Of a stretch of 64,000 bases of DNA, positions 29,573-36,955 are shown piece by piece (positions within the stretch are counted from its first letter, which is position 1; the number at the start of each line of letters is the position of its first letter). Made by a program: the position numbers and the translations under genes. Source of the DNA: a virus. The DNA is taken from the IMG/VR virus record IMGVR_UViG_3300043409_001427, positions 18,104 to 82,103 of that record. One strand, written 5' to 3'. A model generated the notes under the pieces. The model made no database searches. It was not told where the DNA came from and was given only the letters and a program-made list of their open reading frames with translations.

Positions 29573-31347
29573 TGTTTAAACTGAAAAATTTAACCGTACG
29601 AAACTTTATGAGTATTGGGGCGCAGACCCAAGCTGTTAATTTTGACAAGGAACTATTGACTCTAGTATTAGGATCTAACCTTGATCTAGGGGGCGACGAT
29701 ACTGGTAGTAGGAACGGAACCGGCAAAACTACAATGATTAATGCTCTAAGCTATGCATTATACGGGCAAGCATTAACTAATATCAAGAGAGAGAACTTAA
29801 TCAATAAGACTAACGGTAAAAATATGTTAGTTACGGTTGAATTTGAGAAAAGTGGTAACAAATATCGTATTGAACGCGGTCGTAAGCCCAATGTTTTAAA
29901 ATTGTTTATCAACGATAATCAATTAAAGCTGGCCGAAGAAGAGGATGAGAGCCAAGGTGATAGTAGAGAGACTCAGAAGTCTATCGAAGAGATGTTAGAA
30001 ATGTCACATACTATGTTTAAGCACTTAGTAGCACTAAACACCTACACAGAGCCGTTCTTAAGCATGAAAGCGGCTGATCAACGAGAAGTAATTGAACAAC
30101 TGCTTGGGATAACACTACTAAGTACCAAAGCAGAAGCATTAAAGTTACAAATAAAAGAAACTAAAGATCAAATTCAAGTAGAAGAATTTAAAATTGCAGG
30201 AATTAAGACCGCAAATGAGAATGTACAAAAAAGTATTGATAGTTTACAGCTAAAAAATTCTGCTTGGGATAACAAACAGCAACAAGAGCTAGAAAATCTT
30301 GGTCGTGCAATCGTTAATCTTGAATCAGTAGATATTGAAGCTGAATTATTGGCACACGGATCGTTACAACTGTGGATTGAAACTGACAATAAAATAAGAG
30401 GTCTTACAAAACAAAAGGCTACACTAGATTCGGCTGTAGGACAAGCAGAAAAAAGTCTAGCAAAGTATACAAAAGATTTAGAAAGTCTAGCAAACAAGAC
30501 ATGTCACGCTTGTGAGCAAGAGCTTCATGATCACAAACATGAAGAAATGACTACTACTGCTACTCAGCATTTTAACGAAGCACACGAATACTTTCAAAAG
30601 ATGTGTGCTCAACTTAAACAAGTTACAGAAGAAATAGCAACAATAACACAAACTAAGAAACCTGTTACATTTTATGAAACAGAAGCAGAAGCTCTTGGAC
30701 ATAAAAACAATTTAGATAGTTTAGAAAAGTCTCTTATAGGTAAGGCCGACGAAATTAATCCTTATGCTGAGCAAATTGAAGAATTAACAAAGACTGCTAT
30801 ACAAGAAATTACTTGGGATCAAGTGAACTCTCTTATCCGTTTGCGAGATCATCAAGAATTTTTACACAAGCTATTAACAAATAAAGATAGTTTCATCCGC
30901 AAGAAGATAATTGATCAAAATTTAACTTATCTAAACAAGCGGCTAACTTATTATATCGACAAGTTAGGGCTTCCACATCAGGTAGTATTCCAAAATGACC
31001 TGTCGGTTGAGATTACTCAACTAGGACAAGACTTAGATTTTGATAATTTGTCACGCGGTGAACGCAATCGTTTAATATTGTCCATGAGTTTTGCCTTCCG
31101 TGATGTGTGGGAAGGCCTATATCAAAGTATCAACTTGTTGTTTATTGACGAACTAGTGGATGCAGGCATGGATGCTGCCGGAGTAGAAAGCGCATTGGCG
31201 GTCCTTAAGAAGATGGCAAGAGAAAGAAACAAGAACATTTATCTAATATCACACAAGGATGAACTAGTGGGTCGCGTGAATAGTGTTCTTCGCGTGATCA
31301 AAGAAAACGGATTTACCAGTTACAGTAACGATATTGAATTTGTTTAA
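29572..31347 (+). CDS. gp46: Recombination ATPase subunit (Rad50/SbcC-like)
   Basis: NFMSIG, Walker A GSRNGTGKTT, zinc-hook CHAC, signature LSRGE, Walker B LLFIDE and H-loop ISHK. Confidence 0.96.
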   Translation: MFKLKNLTVRNFMSIGAQTQAVNFDKELLTLVLGSNLDLGGDDTGSRNGTGKTTMINALSYALYGQALTNIKRENLINKTNGKNMLVTVEFEKSGNKYRIERGRKPNVLKLFINDNQLKLAEEEDESQGDSRETQKSIEEMLEMSHTMFKHLVALNTYTEPFLSMKAADQREVIEQLLGITLLSTKAEALKLQIKETKDQIQVEEFKIAGIKTANENVQKSIDSLQLKNSAWDNKQQQELENLGRAIVNLESVDIEAELLAHGSLQLWIETDNKIRGLTKQKATLDSAVGQAEKSLAKYTKDLESLANKTCHACEQELHDHKHEEMTTTATQHFNEAHEYFQKMCAQLKQVTEEIATITQTKKPVTFYETEAEALGHKNNLDSLEKSLIGKADEINPYAEQIEELTKTAIQEITWDQVNSLIRLRDHQEFLHKLLTNKDSFIRKKIIDQNLTYLNKRLTYYIDKLGLPHQVVFQNDLSVEITQLGQDLDFDNLSRGERNRLILSMSFAFRDVWEGLYQSINLLFIDELVDAGMDAAGVESALAVLKKMARERNKNIYLISHKDELVGRVNSVLRVIKENGFTSYSNDIEFV

Positions 31348-31349
31348 CG

Positions 31350-31631
31350 ATGTCAGAAAATAAATTTTTAGATCACTATAAAGAACTTTATTCAAAATAT
31401 GTAGATACCCGAGTAAAGTTGCATAACTACCATGTCGTGTTCGTAGAGAACATCGGCACCGAATCAATGATCGGCGTTCGGAAGATGCTGTCGAGTATGC
31501 CTAGGTTAGAAAGAGAACTTAGATATGCTGCCAGAGATGCATTTAAAGAACAGAAACGGTTAAACAGAGAAGCAAACAAGCTAAGAAAAACTGCCATACG
31601 GCAGAAAAAATTACCAAAATTGGAAACATAA
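31350..31631 (+). CDS. Hypothetical small basic helical protein
   Basis: 93-aa ORF packed tightly between gp46 and the Hc1-like gene; Lys/Arg-rich C-terminus. Confidence 0.65.
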   Translation: MSENKFLDHYKELYSKYVDTRVKLHNYHVVFVENIGTESMIGVRKMLSSMPRLERELRYAARDAFKEQKRLNREANKLRKTAIRQKKLPKLET

Positions 31632-31633
31632 AA

Positions 31634-31831
31634 ATGAATGATACTATTACACAACTACAAACAACTTTTGCAGAATTCCTAGCAGAAGATGCTAAGTTTA
31701 CAGCGGGCAACAGTGCCGCGGGCACACGCTCGCGCAAGGCTCTAGCAGAGTTAAGCAAGTTAGTTAAAGCTCGCCGCAATGAAATTACTGCTGAGAAAAA
31801 TGCTCGCAAGGAAGCCAAGGCAGCAAAATAA
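31634..31831 (+). CDS. Histone H1-like (Hc1 family) small DNA-binding protein
   Basis: GNSAAGTRSRKALAELSKLVKARRNEI matches the Hc1-family GNKAAG.RARK motif; Lys/Ala tail. Confidence 0.75.
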   Translation: MNDTITQLQTTFAEFLAEDAKFTAGNSAAGTRSRKALAELSKLVKARRNEITAEKNARKEAKAAK

Positions 31832-31834
31832 TTA

Positions 31835-32269
31835 ATGACTTGGCACCACAAAGGGTCTATAGTTACAGAACTGCCTGAAGATTGTGTGGGATTTGTTTAT
31901 CTTATCTCATGTAATACCTCCGGCCGGATGTATATTGGCAAAAAATTAGCAAAATTTAGTAAAACGACCTACAAGACTGTAAAGTTAAAGAACGGCACCA
32001 AGAAGAAAAAGAAAATCAGAAGCAAAATAGACAGCGACTGGCAAGAATATTATGGCTCAAATATAGAACTTAACAAAGATGTTGAGTTACATGGCAAAGA
32101 TAATTTCACACGAGAAATATTACATTACTGTAAAAGCAAAGCAGAAACATCGTACATTGAGGCCCGCGAACAATTCGACCGCAAAGTATTAGAATCAAAA
32201 GAATATTATAACGGACAGATCTCAGTCCGTGTACATGGCTCCCACATAATCAACAAAATTGGCTCATAA
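31835..32269 (+). CDS. Stand-alone GIY-YIG (Seg-like) endonuclease
   Basis: GFVYLI.....GRMYIGKK, W..YYGS, F.REIL, E...Q and YYN. At 144 aa it has no obvious C-terminal DNA-binding domain. Confidence 0.8.
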   Translation: MTWHHKGSIVTELPEDCVGFVYLISCNTSGRMYIGKKLAKFSKTTYKTVKLKNGTKKKKKIRSKIDSDWQEYYGSNIELNKDVELHGKDNFTREILHYCKSKAETSYIEAREQFDRKVLESKEYYNGQISVRVHGSHIINKIGS

Positions 32270-32283
32270 GCGGTACTAAGCTC

Positions 32284-32645
32284 GCACTAGCTAATATCTT
32301 GTGCCCGGAAACCTGGATCTCGGATCGCAGGGAGGGAAATCTCTTGCCGCAAAGAGTACTTAATCAGCATCCTTTACAGGACCACGATCGCAAAATGCCT
32401 GCGGTTTGATTATTTGAATAGAGTGAATATAGGCCCAATGAGTGGATAAAACCACAGGTTTATGAATATGTTAGTGTATATTTGTAAGCTGCCGTCGTGT
32501 GTGAAAACACAAATAACTGAGCTCGAGGTACCGGATGACCGCCTCTGTAATGCTTTAACACTAGTGACTGTAAGAACTCAGATAATGTTCTTCTTTTTAT
32601 TTTGCCCGTGCAAACGGGCAATTGTGACTGACGAATCTAGATAAT
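32284..32645 (+). ncRNA. Candidate large structured non-coding RNA (unassigned family)
   Basis: About ten helices found by eye, two GNRA tetraloops, a G-U-rich long stem that pairs best on the + strand and a possible pseudoknot. Largest gene-free gap in the window. Confidence 0.55.
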
Positions 32646-32723
32646 ACTTAAATTACTTCGTAATATATCAATTAAAAAAATGCTTCGAGCGATTAGCGAA
32701 GAAGCAAACGAACGCAGTTCGGT

Positions 32724-32731
32724 TATAAATA
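32724..32731 (+). promoter_or_regulatory. T4-type late promoter TATAAATA
   Basis: Exact T4 late consensus, 29 nt upstream of the ATG at 32761. Confidence 0.7.
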
Positions 32732-32760
32732 GTTCTAATAACTTCTGGAATAATTTACCC

Positions 32761-35097
32761 ATGAGCATCAAACATATTATTGATCGATTAGATGAGATAG
32801 AACAAAATACCCCGACAATTAAGAAATATATTGTTGAGAGTGTATACAATGCTCCGGAAATGACTAAGCATTGGAGGAAACTCGATGAAGGGTTTGCCAA
32901 GGGCTATAGTCGATACTTAAATGAGGTTGCTCTAACTCCTGATCAGATACAAAATATCTTTAAACAGGCAGGTGGTACGGCAGGTGAAGCTCCAAAAGAT
33001 CCGAGCAAGCTAGCAGGGCTTGTTGATAAAATTCTTCCAACAGGCCAAGCAGCCAATTTAGAAAAGACATTACCTGAACCGGATGCAGGTCCTGTCCAAG
33101 GATTTGAACAAAAAGCCGCAGCCGCAGTACAGAACATCCAAGGTGCAGACAGCGCAACTAAGCAAAGTTTGATGCAATGGATCAAACAAGGTGTTGCTAA
33201 ACCAGAATCACAACAACTTATTCTAGCCGCGGTAGGCGCCGGATTAGGTACTATCCTAAGTAAAGTTGGCCCAATTATTAGTATGATACCCGGTGCAGGA
33301 CCATTTGTAGCTGCCATAACTGGTGCTTTAATTGCAGGAGCGATATCAGTTGCTAGTGCTAAACTACAAGGTAAAGACTGGAAAACGGCATTTAAAGGTG
33401 CAATTAAACCAGCATTAATGGGCGGTGCTGCCGCAGTTGTTGGTAATTTAGCGGCTACTGCGATAGGTACAGGTTTAGGTGCAATGACCGGCGGTCAAGA
33501 TCAAGCAGCCGCCCCACTACCTGGCGCAAGTTTAGGTGTTGGAAAAGAACTTCCAGATGGTGAAGTCATTAGTGCATTAGATTCAAGTAATCCAAATTCA
33601 GGAGTCACAATTCAAAGACCAGATGGCTCAACATACACAGTTAGTCGAGACACTGCCCAAGCTATGACGGGTCAAACTGGTATCAGCAATCAGGCAAATA
33701 TGACAGGACCTGTTAGCATGGGCGCCGCAAGTGATCCTCAAGCAGGGGTAAGCGATAGTGGAGGATCTGGTGCAAAAACAAATACTGATAAATCCTTAAT
33801 GAGATTAAAGGGATATGATCCAGATGCTCCTAATGAGGTAAAAGCATGGGACAAGATCACCGCAGGGAATAAAGACTTAAACACAATACCCAATATTGAT
33901 TCCGGTTTTAGTGGGGCGCAAGCAGGCGGACCCAAACCAACTATTGGACAAAACTTTGATCCAGGCTCCGCACCAATTGGCGCAAACGGACAACCAATGC
34001 GCCAAGTGCCTATGGATGCCCCTGCTGTTACACCTAGCACACCTAGTGATGGTTCGTATCAACAAGCCGCACCAATTGGTGCAAACGGACAACCAATGCA
34101 ACAAGTTCCTATGGATGCCCCTCCACCTAAAGGAGCCGGTATGGATCCTGAATATCTAGCGAAGATTGCTAGAGGGGAAGGCGGTCGTGCATTAATAAGT
34201 CAAGATGCCGCCAAAGCTGCCATTGCCTGGCAAGCGCAAAATGGCGGGCAGGTTATACCTCCTCCAGCACCATCAAGTAATGTAACATTACCGGGTGGAC
34301 TTTCTCAATACTATAAAGATAATCCTGGCATTAGAGAAAATGCAATCGATCAACAGGCAACACTTCGTGGTTGGCTTAAAAAAGATCAACAAGGTATTAC
34401 TATAAACTCGGTTCAATTAACACCTATGTTTGTTGAAGGCATTATGGATTTCTTTAAAGGTAAAGGTAAAGAAGCCGCACCTGCTGCCGCAGGTAGTGGA
34501 GTTACTCCTGATGCGTTAAACAAAGCCTGGGCAGACGCAGGCAGTCCAACGGACAGCGATGAAGTTTCTAAAGTATTACAGAGCGCCGGAGTCCCAGCAG
34601 AAACAGTTACAAAGATTTTTACAGATTTAAAAATACCCGCTCCTGGAGCATCTCCGGAAGCACCAAAAGATCCGGCCGCAACACCAACAGCGGCAGACGG
34701 CGAAACTCCCCCAGCACCAGCAGGAGAGAAACCGGCTGATGCTTCAGCCCCAGATGCTACAACACCGCCAGATGAGTTAGCCGATATTAAAAAGAATGCC
34801 GGACTTCCTACAACTCCACCTCCTACAGATGCTACAGCACCTGCTTCGACAACCGGTAGTGTTGATCCGGCAACATCTGCGGCAGTAGAACCTCCTCCGA
34901 CACCACAAGCAGAAAAACAATCTAAGGTAGGAGTTGGTCAAATTAATAAAGTTATTCCAACTTTGAGAGTTAGAGATTTAACCAGTGTTCAAAAGACTGT
35001 TGATAATACACTGGCAAAAAGACAATCGACAAAGCAACCAACAGCAGAAGGTAAATATGTTGGAGTTTACAGCAACTTTTTAGGAAGAGACATATAA
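32761..35097 (+). CDS. Large Ala/Pro/Gly-rich late protein with hydrophobic segments; putative internal head/ejection protein (start revised from 32680)
   Basis: Late promoter upstream, hydrophobic Gly/Ala helices, low-complexity linkers and a C-terminal motif shared with the next ORF. The function is inferred. Confidence 0.6.
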   Translation: MSIKHIIDRLDEIEQNTPTIKKYIVESVYNAPEMTKHWRKLDEGFAKGYSRYLNEVALTPDQIQNIFKQAGGTAGEAPKDPSKLAGLVDKILPTGQAANLEKTLPEPDAGPVQGFEQKAAAAVQNIQGADSATKQSLMQWIKQGVAKPESQQLILAAVGAGLGTILSKVGPIISMIPGAGPFVAAITGALIAGAISVASAKLQGKDWKTAFKGAIKPALMGGAAAVVGNLAATAIGTGLGAMTGGQDQAAAPLPGASLGVGKELPDGEVISALDSSNPNSGVTIQRPDGSTYTVSRDTAQAMTGQTGISNQANMTGPVSMGAASDPQAGVSDSGGSGAKTNTDKSLMRLKGYDPDAPNEVKAWDKITAGNKDLNTIPNIDSGFSGAQAGGPKPTIGQNFDPGSAPIGANGQPMRQVPMDAPAVTPSTPSDGSYQQAAPIGANGQPMQQVPMDAPPPKGAGMDPEYLAKIARGEGGRALISQDAAKAAIAWQAQNGGQVIPPPAPSSNVTLPGGLSQYYKDNPGIRENAIDQQATLRGWLKKDQQGITINSVQLTPMFVEGIMDFFKGKGKEAAPAAAGSGVTPDALNKAWADAGSPTDSDEVSKVLQSAGVPAETVTKIFTDLKIPAPGASPEAPKDPAATPTAADGETPPAPAGEKPADASAPDATTPPDELADIKKNAGLPTTPPPTDATAPASTTGSVDPATSAAVEPPPTPQAEKQSKVGVGQINKVIPTLRVRDLTSVQKTVDNTLAKRQSTKQPTAEGKYVGVYSNFLGRDI
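33970..34122 (+). repeat. Two ~54-bp direct repeats, 99-bp period, encoding APIGANGQPM(R/Q)QVPMDAP
   Basis: Near-identical copies start at 33970 and 34069. Confidence 0.9.
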
Positions 35098-35098
35098 T

Positions 35099-35806
35099 AT
35101 GCGTATCAATGAATTATTAGCAGAACAAGAACAACTAGATGAACTAAGCCTTAAGGGGTTAGGTCAGGGCATAGGCAAAGCAGTAGGTGCAGCCGCTGGG
35201 GGAATAGTTCAAGGCGCAAAAAATGTTTGGTCAGGTGCAAAACAAGGTTACGCCGCAGGGCAGGCAGCATTAGCGCCAGGGGCTGATCCAGCCGCTGATC
35301 CAGCCGCCGCAGGCAGTACTGCACCAGCAACGGGCAGCGGCGGCGCTGTAGCAACACCTCCAGCAGGACAAGCACCGGCAGCAACACCTCCAGCAGGACA
35401 AGCACCGGCAGCAACACCTCCAGCAGGACAAGCACCGGCAGCAACACCTCCAGCAGGACAAGCACCGGCAGCAACACCTCCAGCAGGTGGAGAAGCTCCT
35501 GCAAGTCCAGCAGTAGATCAAGCAAGTAAAGTTGGTGTAGGACAAATTAATAAACTTATTCCAACACTACGAACCCGAGATTTAAACAGCGTAAAGAAAA
35601 CTGTTGACGCTACTCTTGTTAAGAAACAAAAGCAACCGGCAGCACCAGCGGCAGCGCCAGCTAAACCAGGAGCGGTGGCACCAGCGGCGCCAACTCAAGC
35701 AGAGCTTGATGCTGATCGAGAAAGATTAATGGGACCAGATAACGGTGGCGCGAACGAAAGCAAGATCGTTAGATTTGAAAGTCGTTTCTTAGGAATGATG
35801 ATTTAA
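35099..35806 (+). CDS. Ala/Pro-rich late protein, putative internal head protein
   Basis: MRINELLAE..QLDE N-terminus; shares KVGVGQINK.IPTLR.RDL.SV.KTVD.TL with the upstream ORF. Confidence 0.65.
   Translation: MRINELLAEQEQLDELSLKGLGQGIGKAVGAAAGGIVQGAKNVWSGAKQGYAAGQAALAPGADPAADPAAAGSTAPATGSGGAVATPPAGQAPAATPPAGQAPAATPPAGQAPAATPPAGQAPAATPPAGGEAPASPAVDQASKVGVGQINKLIPTLRTRDLNSVKKTVDATLVKKQKQPAAPAAAPAKPGAVAPAAPTQAELDADRERLMGPDNGGANESKIVRFESRFLGMMI
35351..35487 (+). repeat. Perfect 30-bp tandem repeat (4 copies + 17 nt) encoding ATPPAGQAPA
   Basis: GCAACACCTCCAGCAGGACAAGCACCGGCA at 35351, 35381, 35411 and 35441, with a partial copy at 35471. Confidence 0.97.
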
Positions 35807-36027
35807 AAGAAAGGCTGTCCGCTTTCTTTTGTTATCTCTAAATTCTTTTCTACAATCTTACCTATGATAACCCTGTCTTCATAGGAAAGCATATAAGCTT
35901 CTGCAGGACCCATTCCTCGCATATACCAGCATAGTCTAAAAAGTTCTTCTTTTAAGGCTTTTGACTCTCTATCGTAATCATCAACTAGCTGATTAATCCC
36001 ATCGATATCGAGGGCCAAAAGCCTCAT
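35803..36027 (-). CDS. Small baseplate/tail assembly chaperone-like ORF (gp51-like position), possibly a -1 frameshift extension of the gp26-like gene
   Basis: LF.LCWYMRG....EAY.LS.EDR..I; ATGA overlap with the upstream stop; no SD; slippery T TTT TTC immediately upstream. Confidence 0.6.
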   Translation of the reverse strand: MRLLALDIDGINQLVDDYDRESKALKEELFRLCWYMRGMGPAEAYMLSYEDRVIIGKIVEKNLEITKESGQPFF

Positions 36028-36875
36028 ACGAAAAAAGTTGATGGGTCAAAAGTTATAGGAACATCGACAGTATCACCAGTAACACCCTTTGCTCGCATTT
36101 CTTCAGTAACCGCAACCTGCATCGGTTTGATATTGTTTTGTTCTCGAAGTTTAGTTAGATGAGATTCAATTTTAGAATACATGTCCTTGTCAATATTATT
36201 AATAAATTCGTAAATGTGTTCGGGGTCGCTAGTAACACCACCGGGACTTTCTATCCTATCAATACTATTAATAATAGTACTCAATGTAGCATCTGTAAGT
36301 TTTGCAAAACTTTCCTGAAACAATTTAATTTTTTGTTCTTCGGACATTTTTTCATCGTTAACTACATTCATTATTTTTTGTGTTTCAAATGCTTCAATAG
36401 CCGCACGACTGATATGTTTGTAAGTTAGTGGACGAACAAATACAGTTAGTTCGTCATTAATAGGTACTACTGGATCCCAACTGATCCGATTAATTAATCC
36501 GTCCATCACAGTACGCAGATCTAATCGATATTCTAATTCTAATTCATCGTTAAATTTAACTGGAACAGTCATCATTTCACCGTAAGTTGCCAGTCTAATT
36601 GCTATTAATATTAGATCTAAATCCAAATTAGTGCAGTCCCAAGCATTTTTAACATTTGGAACACAGTGTTGTATTACATCTACAATGGCTTGCCCGTTCA
36701 TGAGCGCATCAGGAATTTTTAATGCTAGTTCGTCTTTAGCAGTCATAGAATAAACAGGGAATTCACCATTTTCTGTCATAACCAAACTACCTTCGGGCCA
36801 AAATTGGCCGTTGCTTGGCAACCTAATGTAGATTTTAGGCTGACGCATGTACACTGATAAAGGATTGACGCTCAT
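36024..36875 (-). CDS. gp26: Baseplate hub assembly protein, gp26-like
   Basis: NPL..Y.RQPKIYI.LPS.G, V..MTAKDEL.L..PDAL.NG and D.D.IL.AIR.ATYGE. Confidence 0.75.
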   Translation of the reverse strand: MSVNPLSVYMRQPKIYIRLPSNGQFWPEGSLVMTENGEFPVYSMTAKDELALKIPDALMNGQAIVDVIQHCVPNVKNAWDCTNLDLDLILIAIRLATYGEMMTVPVKFNDELELEYRLDLRTVMDGLINRISWDPVVPINDELTVFVRPLTYKHISRAAIEAFETQKIMNVVNDEKMSEEQKIKLFQESFAKLTDATLSTIINSIDRIESPGGVTSDPEHIYEFINNIDKDMYSKIESHLTKLREQNNIKPMQVAVTEEMRAKGVTGDTVDVPITFDPSTFFV

Positions 36876-36893
36876 ATGGGTATTATCTCCGAA

Positions 36894-36928
36894 TAAATAA
36901 GTTTAAAGAATTATCTTTAAAGTATTTA
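36894..36928. promoter_or_regulatory. Palindromic face-to-face pair of putative late promoters
   Basis: TAAATA-AG-TTTAAAGA-ATTA-TCTTTAAA-G-TATTTA between the divergent gp26-like and tape-measure-like genes. Confidence 0.65.
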
Positions 36929-36955
36929 TGTACGCAGAAAACTCTAGGAAAAACA

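Noticed and set aside
32590-32621. Terminator at the GCAA hairpin
   Set aside because: The T-rich tract lies before the stem on the + strand, so it fits an intrinsic terminator in neither orientation.
32462-32644. 60-aa ORF in the structured region
   Set aside because: It has no SD and no recognisable motif, and it overlaps the predicted helices; probably spurious.
32270-32645. RNase P RNA, tmRNA or group I intron
   Set aside because: There are superficial echoes of RNase P (GAGGGAAATCTC; CTAG-TGACTGT-AAGAAC), but I could not form P2/P4. There are no tRNA-like tmRNA ends, no recognisable group I P7 elements and no interrupted gene.
32680-32760. ORF-track start for the 805-aa protein
   Set aside because: This segment contains hairpins and a TATAAATA promoter; the ATG at 32761 is more plausible.
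35351-35487. Possible CRISPR array
   Set aside because: The units are head-to-tail with no spacers and lie in frame inside a CDS; there are no cas genes.
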